A DNA stretch of 59,005 bases, counting the filler, from Sphacelaria rigidula (Eukaryota), in assembly GCA_964200075.2 (NCBI GenBank). It is 8 parts of 8 records of this genome, joined end to end, with 100 filler letters (N's around TTAATTAATTAA, not from the genome) between each part and the next. Parts side by side here need not be neighbours in the genome. Positions count along the whole stretch, not along the records: positions 22,166 to 29,453 come from CAXNAA020015618.1; positions 29,554 to 36,841 come from CAXNAA020015619.1; 6 more parts are not named here. One strand, written 5' to 3'. Shown here piece by piece: positions 23,645-36,150 of the stretch (positions are counted from its first letter, which is position 1; each line of letters opens with the position of its first letter). Under the pieces are notes generated by a model, which made no database searches, was not told where the DNA came from, and worked only from the letters and a program-made list of their open reading frames with translations. The translations under genes were made by a program, and so were the position numbers.

Positions 23645-25444
23645 TTCTGTTGATTGGCCTAGGTGGCTGTCAGTATCCCAGGCCACTCTGTATAGCATAC
23701 TCTGGTCATTATCCGATCCCTCCCGGTTATGCACGAAACATCAGGCTCGATGGGGAAAGGTACAGGAAACCGAGGTCACAATGGACCCTGGTATGCAAGC
23801 ACGATCCTTTGTCCTCTCTCCAGGCGGGTGCCAACAAGAACTATGGAACGTCCTCACCTGAACACTTCTCGAGGCCTACGAGTAGCACACATACAGGCGA
23901 ACCCAATCTGCATGATGGTGGTAACAAGCTAAATATAATCCGATACCGTCTCCGGGTTTGCTCGGCGGATTGCTGCCTATTAGGGAACAACAAATTTGGG
24001 CCATATGCAGTCCTCCCATGTTGACCCGTGGACAATGGTGTCATTTTCCAAAAATGACTTCCTCACGTGCGCAGGTCGACTTGTACTCCTTACGATGCAC
24101 TGACCGACGCTGCCAGCGGTAAGTCCTGCATGATCTGGAAATAGCATTTTCGACGTTCCCCCGAGTTACTCCGCGCCGCCCCGCTCCCCTCTCTGCGCAA
24201 CATCCAATTGAGGAGCGGATCGCCACGGTGATATCCCTATGTACGACTCTGCGTCAAGCAAACTGTACTGTGCCCGCTACACTCCTAACTTATCATCGCG
24301 AACGTTGCTTCCACACAAACGGGGCACCCATTCGTAGCCTCCTCGCGGGAGGGGGCACGGGTAGTGTTTTCATCTAATGAGGTGGGTTCAAGATCAGGTT
24401 TCATTAACCTAAACAAAAGCAAATGGTTGGTTATGTATTTTTATCAGTACGCTTATTCAGGCTCTCCTCTACCCGCGGTCACGACCTGCGGACACAGCGA
24501 ACCGCACAACCATCAAAGGTGGTCCAGAGAAGCACCTTGAGGTGGGTATTGCAATGTCCATTGATTGTTGAGATTACCAACGTGTGTACAACACAAGATA
24601 CCATTGTCCTGAGGTTGTGCAACGTATGCTCACAACGTACACACACCTTGTGAACAAATACATCGGCAATCGCACTAGACGTCGGACGTTGCGATACCTG
24701 CCTCGGGGTACCCCTCGGGGCCACTTGCCTGCTTAACCGCGGTGAAGCGTGATGATAGCAGCAGCAACAACAACAACAAGACGGAAGGGGATAAAAACAG
24801 AGTAAAGGGATGACTAGCAAACCCCATGTTCACGTTTATGGCCGAGACCGCCCCTTCCCCGTGAGGCCGCGTGTGCTAACTGGTCGAGCGCTTGGAACAC
24901 AGTGCTCTCCGCAGCATGCATCGAGCCACTGGTTTTGAAGAGCGCTACCCCTCCGTTATTTCCGGTCTGAACAGGCTGTTTTAAGTTTGCGTTCGCATAT
25001 TGTGGACTTCTGCGTGGTGAAAAATATGTCGCCATGAATCATGCGTCTGCTTTGGATGCACCACTATACTTGGTGCTGGACATGCATGCCGCCGAAGCAG
25101 AGATCTGCGCACAACGGCAAATTTTCACCTGTCTTTTCAGCGCACAAAGCCAGGCAGGTGCTCTCGCCACGAAAAGGTTATTCTGGTTTCATGCATCGCT
25201 AGGAAGCTGTTCGCGGGTATTACATGGGTCACCGAAACTTGGTGGACAGGGACTCGGTATCGGATGTGGTTACTGTATGCTATTATGGTAGGTTCATCGT
25301 GTTGGAGTTCACCATCCCGGTCCTAGGAGCTGCTGTTGCTGTTGCTGTTGCTGCTACTGTCGCTGCCATCGCTTTTGTCCTAGTGGCGACTGGCTTCTTC
25401 GTTGCCCTGCTTGCGGTTGCTCGTGGATATAAAATTTCCACAGT

Positions 25445-25696
25445 AATCGTAGGTAAGGTACCGTACCGAGGGTACCCCCGGTATTTACCGGGGTATCCTA
25501 TATCGTGGTATGCGTGTGCATCGTAGGAATGAGTTTCAAAAATACCTGATTGAGCCGGTACGGTAGGTACTGGTATCTCGAAATACCGTGGTATCGTGGG
25601 TATTGTAGGTATGACACTTGAAAATACCCGATTTGGTCGGTATCGGTGGGGTATGAGATGTTCAAAATACCAGTACCGGGTACCTGCCTTACCCTC
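25445..25696. mobile_element. Non-autonomous TIR element, GGTA/TACC-array family
   Basis: Ends CGTAGGTAAGGTA and TACCTGCCTTACC. Homologous to 26656-27176. Confidence 0.65.
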
Positions 25697-25743
25697 TACA
25701 CCCGTTTCAAAACTGTCATCCGGTAGTGCGGAGAAGCGTTTCA

Positions 25744-26508
25744 GGGCGAGTCTCAGCACTTTTTCTTCGATCCAAAAAATGGGGCAGGGGAATAGATTTG
25801 AGCGGAAAATCGCTCATTTTTCTAGTGTTGGGTCCAAGCGAATTTCAAGCTTTCGATCGAAAAACGGCAGTGAAATTAGTGAAACGGTACATGGTCACTC
25901 GTGTACAGTACAGACAGCAGCCTGTACTGTCTGCACTGCTTGCAAGCAGTGTTTTGGGTGTGTGTGTGCCGTTTTGTACAGTAGGATTTTCGAGGGAAGC
26001 GGGCAACGTGCAGTGCAGACGGCCCGAGACTATCGGTTCTCTCTGACGTGAAAAGAACTTCAACCACGTGTAGCTTTGTACTGTCTGCACTGTCCATAAG
26101 CGTGTACGCAACTCGGTTGCCCACCGTACCCCGCAATTCCGTCGCTCATCCCTACCATGAAAGAAGATGCACAATTTTTTGCCAACAAAAAATAAACATA
26201 GCATACCCAACTACTGCACTTCATCCATCACTGTGCTCAACTCGTGCTCTATGCTGCAGGGTTACGGTGTTCGCTGAGAATGAGTTGGATGGAGTTAGCA
26301 TGGTTCTGTGAATGGATGTATCTGGCGTGGTGGTCTGTAAGATGGGAGTCAAGTGCCGCTTCGTACCTTTCGACCGCATATCTTCGATCGAGAAGGATTA
26401 TTTTTTGTCTCGAATACTTTTCTCCGCGCGCCACTAATCACAAGTTTGAGTTGAAGCCTTCTAAGAACAGAAATGTGGCGGGCCCATCAGATCGAGATTT
26501 TTTTTTTA
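25744..26508 (-). mobile_element. Solo copy of the PIF/Tourist-like module of 4999-5805
   Basis: Starts TCA|GGGCGAGTCTCAGCA. Reverse-complement homology to ~5045-5800. Confidence 0.75.
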
Positions 26509-26655
26509 CCACACTTCAGACTACATAGTAATGAGTTCATTCGAACTGATTTAAACACGAAAATCAGGGAGAAACTGGGTATATTTTACTTGTGAAAATA
26601 GGACGTACCTGATCCGACAACTTCTGGCCTTTGCGTAAGTTGGGACCAGCTGCTG

Positions 26656-27176
26656 CACCGTGGGGAGTACATAGCGTCCGGTATTTAGCGGGTATACCCT
26701 CGGTATGTACCGGGTTATCCCATACCATGGTGTGCGTGGGCATCGTAGGTATGACTTTCGAAAATACCCGATTGAGCGGGTACGGTATGCATTAAAATAT
26801 CGAAATACCGTGGTATCGTAGATATCGTAGGAATGACATTTGATAATACCCGATTGAGCAGGTACGGTAGGTACTGAAAGCTCGAAATACGGTGGTATCG
26901 TAGGTATCGTAGGTATGAGTTTTGAAAATACCCGATTGGGCGGGTACGGTAGGTATTGAAATATCGAAATACCGTGGTATCGTAGGTATCGCAGGTATCG
27001 TAGGTATTAGTTTTGGAATTACCTGATCGATCGGGTACGGTAGGTATTGATATATCGAAATACCGTGGTATCGTGGGTATCGTAGGTATGACACCTGAAA
27101 TACCCGATCAGACCGGTATCGGCAGGGTATGATATATCCCAAATACCGGTACCGGGTACCTACCTTACCTACGGTG
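26656..27176. mobile_element. Non-autonomous TIR element, GGTA/TACC-array family (CACCG...CGGTG ends)
   Basis: Tandem ~80-90-bp units such as ATATCGAAATACCGTGGTATCGTAGGTATCGTAGGTATGA. No clear TSD. Confidence 0.65.
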
Positions 27177-27900
27177 CCTGAGAAAATTTCATCAGACGCT
27201 CGTGCAGAATTCCGTACGTGTTCATTGTTGGGCGGTGCGGTGCAAGTAAAACCTGATGCGAGATGAAGAACTGAGGCAGCCAAGAGTTTACATTGGCGGG
27301 TGAACAGTTTTGCCCTCCTTAGATTCAGGAGTTGACAAACATGTGGGAAGTAGCGGCACTCATGAAAAAAATCGACACAGAAAGTCAGAAAATTAGAAAG
27401 ATTTAAATACCTGCAAAAATATATCAATGTGGAGGTCGCCATTTTGTATGTCCGGAGAGATTTTTTATATGACGTGTAAAGCAGACAAGAGCCGTTGCAG
27501 ATGTAGTATCAACTGTAGACTGCCCGGGAGGCCCGAAACTGTACAGCCGACTATGGGACCCTAGGTAACAAGAATCCTTGCGGCTGACCTCCGTCAAGCC
27601 CTCAGGGTGTCATTTGAACTTCACATCTGCCCCTAACCGGTGCCCAGTGTTTCAGCAGCCCAATCACTCGACTACGGTCAATCTTTGCCCACATAACACG
27701 ACGAAAATCATCGGCCACCCTCAACGGTTGCTATCGTCCACCGCAGGTCTCGTGACCTTCACAAATGTAGAAGTAGACGAAGAGAAACTCCGATAGCTTC
27801 CGTCTAGACTTTTCAACTGGCATGTACAAGGTATTTGTACAATTTCGGCTCAAAACTCCTAAAAATAGGCAGGGCATTCCACGTTTTGGGTGACCCCGCT

Positions 27901-27982
27901 TCCCTACGTTGTCTAACTGGTAAGAGACTTCCATCAATGCAGCAGATCACGAGTTCGAATCGCGACACACATTTTTTTTTTT
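27901..27982 (+). ncRNA. tRNA-like Pol III head (pseudo-tRNA or SINE head) followed by an oligo-T run
   Basis: A-box-like TGTCTAACTGGTAAG, B-box GAGTTCGAATC, then a long T run. Related unit on the minus strand at 41530-41605. No proper cloverleaf. Confidence 0.35.
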
Positions 27983-28003
27983 GCAGGATCTGGTTCCATT
28001 ATG

Positions 28004-28358
28004 GTGTTGTCATCCCAACTATTCTGGACGCCAGTCTAGACCTTTTGGTATATGTGGGCGCATCAGTCGGGATCACACAGGACGAAGGCCAGCACCGAGA
28101 TTTCCTTTTTGTTTTGTTTCAGTTCTCCACCTTCCTTCTGTGATGTTTACTTTCTTTTTTCTCCCGAGAGGGATTCAGTGGTCGTTTGCCTCGTCGACCG
28201 TGATGTCGAAGTTTCGTATACCCACGACATAGTCGCTCTCCACTGTTCGGCATAGTGTGAGGAAAAAATTCCAGATCATATGACTGCACCGAGATTCGAA
28301 CCCACTTCTCAACCGTCAGAAGGTTTCGAGGTTTCCAACTGATCCAGCGGAGCGGCCG
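28004..28358 (-). mobile_element. tRNA-derived SINE family A, full length
   Basis: Homologous to 40363-40731. The minus-strand head has GGTTCGAATCTC. Confidence 0.8.
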
Positions 28359-28646
28359 TCTCCTCTCATCTAGTACAAGTTTGATGTGTTTATTTTCTTT
28401 TCTAGGCCAAGCGTGCATCAGCAGGTTTGTCTGCAGTCCAGGAAACTGCAAATTTATAATACTCACGAAAGAATGTGGGTCCTTTGGCTGGCTCAGCTCG
28501 TAGAAATTTCAGGTTGAGAACAAAGATGGAACATTTGCTTCACGGGCGGCAAAAAAAATCAGCTCGTCTTTCATATGCAGGGTGCTGCAGCGTTGCATCC
28601 GAAGCTTTGCACCTCAAGTTTCTCGTGGTATTTGTTGTCGATGCAG

Positions 28647-28805
28647 GGCGCGCGCCAGGCTTACGAGAAGGCGTACAAGATTTCCGTCATGGTGAGCGGG
28701 GCAGACACGCCGCCTACTTTGGACATCAAGGCCCTCGTGGAGAAGGTCCCCACCTCAGCCAACGAACTGCGTGCTCGGTATAACAGCGACGGCAGGAAAA
28801 AATAA
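28647..28805 (+). CDS. Terminal exon of the TPR-like/SMYD-like gene
   Basis: tttgttgtcgatgcag|GGC acceptor, phase 0. Peptide GARQAYEKAYKISVMVSGADTPPTLDIKALVEKVPTSANELRARYNSDGRKK*, which completes a TPR-like helix pair with the previous exon. Confidence 0.75.
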   Translation, partial: GARQAYEKAYKISVMVSGADTPPTLDIKALVEKVPTSANELRARYNSDGRKK

Positions 28806-29367
28806 GTCGTGCCCGAACACTCGAGACGTTTGCCCCTGAAGGGACGGCATAAGTGGGAAAACTATCTCGGGGAAAATTGTGTCAAGTATGTTTGGGTACT
28901 GTATACTGGAGTAAAATAGGTGTTCACGGTTAAGTTTCGCTCAATATGATGGCAGGAATGTGCGATCTTTTCTTTTGAGAAATATTTTGGTTCTCGTTAT
29001 TCCGGTTAAAAAAAATCTGGAGTTTGTGGTGGTGGGGACGACGAAAAGTGCAGTCGATTCGAGTTGTTCCCCGCGGACTGTTTTTTGTCCGCACTTCTAT
29101 CGCCCCTTACTTGAGCGCAAAATGGCTTGGCGAGAATCCCAGGTGCGCTCTCGACGATGTAGGTGTCTGGGAAATGAGAAAACCGTTGTTTTGGTGGCGT
29201 GAAGATGGTGCTTTCGTTTCGGCTTCGCGCGCTGAGCTTGTTGTCAGGCTTTTGAAGATGCCGCGCCGGCCGCGCAGCGCGAGGAAGATAAAAGACCCCG
29301 GCAATCTTGTGTGTGTAGAACTGAGTTTTGTTCGTTGGTGCTGAACTGAAAATGCTGGAAAATATTG

Positions 29368-29453
29368 CAAGGGTAAGTCGAGTAGAGTATACTCAATTGC
29401 GGGGTATTTTGAAAGTCGTACTTGAAGTACACAAATTGGGGGTAAAATTTCAG
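29368..29453 (+). mobile_element. hAT GAGTA-family end, cut by the spacer
   Basis: CAAGGGTAAGTCGAGTAGAGTATACTC. Confidence 0.55.
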
Positions 29454-29553
29454 NNNNNNNNNNNNNNNNNNNNNNNNNNNNNNNNNNNNNNNNNNNNTTA
29501 ATTAATTAANNNNNNNNNNNNNNNNNNNNNNNNNNNNNNNNNNNNNNNNNNNN
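29454..29553. other. Artificial 100-nt spacer
   Basis: N44-TTAATTAATTAA-N44. Confidence 0.98.
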
Positions 29554-29720
29554 TCCCATCTTTGTCTTCCCCTCTCTTTTTCACCCACAAAAATTACCCC
29601 CCCCCCCCCCCCCCTTTTTTTTCTGCTATTCAGGAAGCGAACAGTTTACCCATTGAACCAGTGAGCGCTCACTGGTTCGAAGGGAAACTGTTCGATTCCT
29701 GAACAAAAACCTCTTCTTTT

Positions 29721-29833
29721 CTGCTCCGTCCCGGTTTTGTAGGGATGCGAGGTCAATGGTCCTACGACTATGGCATGCATGATCATGAGTATCCCACCCC
29801 CCCCCCCCCCCGCTCCCCCCCCCCCCCTCCCCC
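29721..29833 (+). repeat. Poly-C-terminated repeat family copy
   Basis: AGGGATGCGAGGTCAATGGTCCTACGACTATGGCATGCATGATCATGAGTAT followed by a ~40-nt C-rich run. Confidence 0.75.
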
Positions 29834-30989
29834 TAGCATCCAATGAGGGATCCGGGCAGTAAAATAATCGACACACCCATCGTGTGTTCGTGTGAAAATA
29901 TGGAACAATAAATGTGCATCTCCGCATATCTTCGCATGATCGGAGATGTCCAAAATACGACAGTTGGTTTTACTGATATACTCCGAGTAATAGATAATAG
30001 GACCGCATCATGAAAAAATCCTGCCGAAATTTCATAATTTGCACCTCAAGCGTACGTCGGGCAATGCGTGCCAACACTCTTCGCCCACCAGCAGCACGGG
30101 AGTTTGCGACTCCTTGCGGTCATCACAAGAATTATGTGCCCAACACAAGATGGGCTTCCAGAGCTCCGTCGTAAGGGTGGCTCAAAATTCGGAATCCTTT
30201 TTCGGTGGCTATCAGTAAGTGTTTGGAGTAAGATTCCCTCAAAAGGCTGGGGGGAAGTCAAGCACAACGCTCGAGGCCAAACTGACATTCGAATGCCACA
30301 GACGCTGTACTGTAGCGGCACTGTACAGTAGTGCACACAGTCAGTAAACTATAATATGCAGTACACTACTGCAGTACAGCATCACAGTGCAGCATCCGGT
30401 CACCATATGGACTCATGCCCCCCCCCCCCTCCCACCCCTCCCCCTCATGGGCCTTGTCCCAGGGGACAGTCAGTGTGCGATATTGTTCCGAAATACGTAC
30501 TGTACCAGCATTCCCTGGCAAATACGAGTAAGTGCTGCGCTACGAATCGTATGTAAACAGGGAAGAATCATATACTGCTCGCTTTACAGAGTACGTAGTC
30601 ACGTAACGAGAACCATTGAAAAGGTGAAACCATGGCTACCATACGAGTGTATACTCACAAGGGGATCGATCACGGTTGGTCACTAGTGCCTGCACAAAGC
30701 CCTGCTCACGTGCACTGCTTGTGTTACGTTTAAACCTCTCCTCGTGGGAAAACGTCCTGTCCATATGCTGGTCAGCACCGTATCGTGTGCGGAGAAATAC
30801 GAGCGCCGCCACTGGGAATGTAACTACTGCACCACAACATCAAATGTAGCATAGATAAGTGGATAGTACATTTCCCACCTTTAGTGTAATGCTTAAGTGT
30901 GGCCACAACCCCTTCACTGGGTGTGGTCGCCTGTGACATGGTGAACAGAGCGGCATTGGACTGACTGTCCATGTCATCATAGCGGCTGA

Positions 30990-31810
30990 ACAACGGAAGT
31001 TGAACGACAACCTGTGCTGCCTGTATTCGATGCGGTGCTGTCAACGGTACTCACCCGGACAAGCGTGAGATGCGCTACTACCAGACCCTGTGTATCAACC
31101 TCCACACCGATGGGCGCTCCGACATCCAATATCTAAGCTACTCCAGGTTGTTCGGCGTTTGCTTGAAGGGACACCCAACTTGCGTTTCCGCTGGTTTGAC
31201 ACTTGACACTCATCTGATTATTGAGATATGAGGTTCCATCACTTATGTCATGATTCACAGGGACTCGTCGGAAACCCTATTCGTGTGGTGGTCATGATCT
31301 AACATATGTAACCGTTGATGATACATTCGATCATATTATTAGAGAAGATGCGCGCGGGTGCAGCACAATGCAGCGTTTGAGATTTTACGGTATTGTGGGC
31401 TTTGTAGCCATGAGCATTGCAGCTCACGGTGCGTAAGATTTTCGTAGGTGCTATGATCAGAAACAGTCGCGTGGAGTGAGAGTCCGTGATGGCTTGACCA
31501 GCGTACCACCTTGGACGAGATATCTTCAGCACGTCAAGCTCCACCTATTACGTGAGAGGATGCGCTACGTAGATCCCAAAAGTCGACGCAGAAGCCGACG
31601 AGCATATACGCTCGGCGTCTTGATCGTGGCATGCTATTAATCAAATGAAATGATTCTTCAAGAAACCACTGGTGTTGCCTGCTTAGGCCGCTCGTTGCTG
31701 GTGTCTGGGCGCAGACGATCGAGGGTCTCTATGGTGGACATGAATGAGCCACATGCAGATATTCGGAACACAAACTTGCCGACATGTTCCATCGGGACCT
31801 AGTAGATGCT
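30990..31810 (+). pseudogene. Highly degenerate Ty1/copia RT-RNase H remnant
   Basis: Collinear motif traces across frames: NGTHPD (cf. TRPDI), L(K/E)GTPNL (cf. YLKGT), KQS, KPTSIY, and SEHKLADMFHRDL (cf. QLADIFTKPL). Confidence 0.45.
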
Positions 31811-32487
31811 ATACCTTAACTATACCCATATTCCCGACGCAGCCTCGATCTAAGCTCGAATTATTGGCCACCTAAGTTTCACATCTAGTGAGCGAGGACT
31901 TATAGTGGGCTTGAAAGTCAAGATAAAGCTACAGCACAGTCGGTGTACATGCGGACCTCCGGTGCATGAAGGCGTGAGCGTTATGAAATTTAATATTTCG
32001 GAATAATTTCCTTGTCTCACGATTTCGGCTCGAAAATGTGTCTACTACTGGCCATTAGTCGTCGGAGAATCATGGAGAGTGTTTCTCCCTAACTTTTTTC
32101 TGTGACAACACTTTGCGTAATTTGATGCTGAAATGAAACATCATTCTCCCGTTGATAAACAATCCCCATTTCCGTGGTAGCGTAGCACACTGCCGTCTCC
32201 AACAGTCAGCCACGATTCTGCCCACTGCCCAGAAACACGTGTCCACACTATTATAAAATATGATTCAACCCATTCTGTGAAAATAATTTTACGACGATCA
32301 AATCCTACCGAGATTTATCAAAACAAACCAGGGGAAGTTTTTCATTGCTCTCTACCTTGAGCATTGTGAAGACCACAGTAGTCGACACTTGAATTACGCC
32401 CCTGCCTCCTCCGAATTATTGACCACAGGTCCGGCCAGGTCATACTTGGAGAAAACAAATATCGTGGGCTCTTCTTTTCCCTGAGGT

Positions 32488-33060
32488 ATGTCACACGCCA
32501 GTGAGAAATCTTCAGTGGGGTGGCCTTCAGTCTCAAACGGGAGCGCAGCAAAGCATCCAATGGCGGATCATGAAACTCGGTTATTCCGGAAAGATTTCGG
32601 GCCAGACGGTGTCCACCACGACGATGACGACGGCGACGAAAACCACTACACGAATACTGAGCAACAGATTCTCGACAGCACAGTACCAAGAGCGGTTATC
32701 TATGGCAACACCTCCAGGTTCGGAATGGTGAAAGGCTCAATCGCCGCGAGAAAAGCAACTGCTGCCGCCATGAAGGCCTATGCCACAGGCAGCGGCGACC
32801 CACCACACCATACTCAGCGGCAACCGTCGGAGGTACACAGCACGAGCCCAGCGTCAATGCTCCCGCCGAGCGTTGTTGTTACGACTGCGGGGCTATCGGG
32901 AGATAAAAACGAGAAAGGGGCGAGCGTCGACTTGGGCATAGTATCCCCATCTTCCATGCAGGGTGGTTTCGGACGAGGAGACGGGAGGGCGGTGTCTACG
33001 GGAGTTGGTGGAGAAGCAGGTTTTCTTGGACCTATGGGATCTTTCAAAGAGTTACCCAAG
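32488..33060 (+). CDS. Probable exon 1 of an uncharacterised low-complexity host protein (start uncertain)
   Basis: 191-codon open frame ending CCCAAG|gtgaat (phase 0). Confidence 0.6.
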
Positions 33061-33942
33061 GTGAATCGATTTGTTGGCATCGTACAGAGACGGTAGTGCT
33101 CGTTGTGAGTACTGAAAGTCTTCTGATGGATTTTTCAGTGCGACGCAGATGCCGTGAACACGATTGGAATATTTTCAGGATGTGCAGTCTGATGATTTTC
33201 AGGAACGGGGGCGGAGCGGGGGAGCAGAGTCCTGTCTCGTCGCGCAGGTCAACGCCCTGGAAATTCGTCCAATCACGCGACGCAAGCTGTTGCAAAAACC
33301 AGGACATTGGATTCATATTGTCTATTCAGTGCTAGGGAGAATATGCGAGATGGACGGTTTCACCCGCGGAAGAGAAGAGGTGGGGCCTCTTCTCAAGCAT
33401 CCCTCACACATCACACAAGCACAAAGTATGTCCACTGTTCCAGGGAGATGTTTTTGTCATTTATCCGGGCACCAGAAATTGTTGACCTCTGATAATACCA
33501 TAATATTGCTCGGAACTAATTTTGAGTGTCATCGTTTGGGCAGTTTTTAGCGTCACTCATACGGTGTTTCTCACCAAGCATGTCTAAAGGGTCTTCCTCT
33601 GTGTCCGCGTGTTCGCCGCCGATGGGGTGTATCTTTGGCTGCGATCGGCGGGTTCGGGCCAGTGATGACGATATTCATTTATTCTGATGTGGTGATGAAC
33701 AACACGCAGCTCTCGTGTAGCGACAACTTGGGTTTATCATCCCGACAAACACAATTAAGTATTCACCTGAAGGGGTCCGACATCGTGGCAAGGTCAACAC
33801 GCTTCATTTGTTTGGCAAAGAATAGGCAAACCTCTACCCAAGTAACTACCTCCCTCCCTCCCTGTTCTTTCTTCCGTTTCGGCAACCCCATGCATGAATC
33901 TCTCCCTCTCTCTCTCTCTCTCTCTTGTTCGCTCTATCTCAG

Positions 33943-34281
33943 GTGTCTAGCGCAGCAGATCTCATCCGAACGGCGTCGCATGATCGAAGCTCGCACAGCG
34001 TATCTCACGCGCGAGGCTTACGACTCGCCCACGTTCCTGCGGCCTACTCCGAAGTCGAACGTACGGCGTACTACCGTCCGAGCGATCGAATCGGGCGCTT
34101 GTATACAGTTACAGCCGCCGCCCTCACGTCCGCCGCGGCTCGCACGGTAGCTAAGGCAGCCGCTGCTTTGGCCGTTGCAGGTGGAGCGCCTCAAAATGGT
34201 GGAGGCGGCGGTGGTGGTGTTGGCGTTGGAGCTCGAGCAGGTCGGGCAGGAGGTAAGGGGGTGCGTTTTGCAGCTGATGGG
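33943..34281 (+). CDS. Internal exon of the same gene (donor at 34252 or 34281)
   Basis: (TC)n polypyrimidine tract then ctcag|GTG, phase 0, compatible with 33060. Peptide VSSAADLIRTASHDR...AYSEVERTAYYRP followed by Ala/Gly-rich sequence. Confidence 0.6.
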
Positions 34282-35021
34282 GTAGGGTCGCTTGCGAGAT
34301 TTGAAACACCAATACACTTGATCAGGAGAGGCCTGTTGGACGACAAAGTAGTTTGTAGGTTAAGAGGCAACACAAACATCGCTGCCTGGGGGCAGCAAAT
34401 CTAACCAAATGAGGTGGAGATGTATTTCCCGTCGTAAGGTGTTATGAGCATTCGTGAAACACAAAAGCATCCGTATAGCATCACTACGGTAGTTGTGATC
34501 CGGACAAGCATGGACTCGTCTCCCCTGCTGTTTTTGGTACGCCGAGACTGTCCCAGTTTCCATCGACTTGACGCGAGAGAAAGCTCACACGATCGGGTAT
34601 ATGTCGACGAAGTCTCCGCTCTCCTGGATGTTGAATTCCCGAAGTTACAATGCAACAGATCCCGGATCTCGAGCGAGTTTTCATTTTAGAAGTTGTACCT
34701 GCATATTTTATGCTGCTGTAATCTATCCGGATTGACCAGGCCTTGCATACCGTACCACATGTAGGCGTGCGTGTTCGATATATCTGCAGCATGGTGTCCA
34801 CATTTTGAGACTTCTCGCCGCTTCCGTCGAAGTCGGTGGCGGCTTTATGGTGCGTGCCTCGTGAACTGAATTGGGATGGAGGAGCACAGTTTATTGCGTG
34901 AAAGTACTCAGTCGGAGATGCGTTTCTCGGCGGAAGGTGTACTATACATGTGTAGAAGCTATTATCGAGCTCTATTTTTACGACGCCAACCACAATACCA
35001 TTCAGCTAATGCTTGATAGAG

Positions 35022-35619
35022 GTATTTCCAGCTGATCCGCAACCGTTGTCCATTCGGTCTGGACAAGTCTCAGGTCCTGCATTTTCCAGCAGCTACCGCA
35101 TGGGGAAGGTCGTTACCGCGCCCTCCGCCGCGGACTCTCGCGAAATTCTTCAACGACTAGCCCTCCAGCCGGCGGCATCTCGATCCCTCGACAGTATCCC
35201 TCTGATGTCTCCGGCGGTATCCCCGAACAACGGAGAATCGATAAGGGACGGCGGCAATGACAACCAATCGCCATCGCCAACGGGGGGTGGTAACAAACAG
35301 AGCACCGACGTAAACATTGAAGACCGTTCAAGTTTCGCGGCGACGAACGCGACCGCCGCTGCAGGATCGCCAAAGAGCGGCGTTCAGGCCGGCTTTGCAC
35401 CAGCAAACATTAAGAAAAAGCCACCAGTCATCATATCCGACCAAGATACTCGGACGCAGTTGAGAGAGATGCGTTCTCCTCCGCGCGGAAAGTGGACCGT
35501 CAACGTAACTGCCGCCAAACAGAGAGCAGGTGTCGGGGCCACCGGCGTTGCGTCTCACGGTGGAGTGAGAGACTTTAGAGCGTGGAACCCTGCAAGCGTA
35601 GATGATCCGATAGTACAAG
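35022..35619 (+). CDS. Internal exon of the same gene (acceptor 35022 or 35032)
   Basis: CTAAT branch-like motif near 35006, ~200-codon open frame, and CAAG|gtgggc donor (phase 1). Confidence 0.6.
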
Positions 35620-35911
35620 GTGGGCCATGAATGTACCTTGTACCGAAATACCAGTAGTCGCTTCTCGCAAGCACGTTATCCAGGAGCAGTCCGAGCTCTA
35701 GAAGGTGCCATTGAAACTCCTTGGCCGTGAGGCAATGCGAAGCGACGCGAGGGGGTTGCGGCATACCTAGACTGCAAGAACTGTCGTATCTCTCTGAGCA
35801 CTCAGCCGCACAGAGGGTCACGGTGGTAATTGAATGGATAATCAACTTAAAGTTTCTACAATACTTCGCGATCAACGTGCTATCTTTGTTTTCAACGTTC
35901 AAACCACCCAG

Positions 35912-36150
35912 TAGAGTTACCCCAACGAGCACCGCTGGCAGGGGTGGGCGGGGACGGTGTTGACGGCGGCGGCGAAGGTACAGGCGTGGATGCGGAAGCA
36001 CGTGATGGAGCGGTGGCCCGTCCCACCGAAGCTGACAGGCAATGCGGATCAATTGCACGGTATTGGACAATGGTGGAAGCGAGGGTAGTGGAGGGATCTC
36101 CAAATGCGCTCGGGGCTGGGGCTAAGTCGCCGCTTGTCGAGCTTCCTCTT
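35912..36150 (+). CDS. Internal exon of the same gene; the gene continues beyond the fragment
   Basis: Phase-1 acceptor cccag| (alternative 35942) matches the previous donor. Ends CTT|gtgagt. Confidence 0.55.

Noticed and set aside
27901..27982. Functional tRNA gene (also the SINE heads at 16657, 28300-28358, 40670-40731 and 57850-57926)
   Set aside because: Acceptor stems do not pair. They are repeat-associated tRNA-derived heads.
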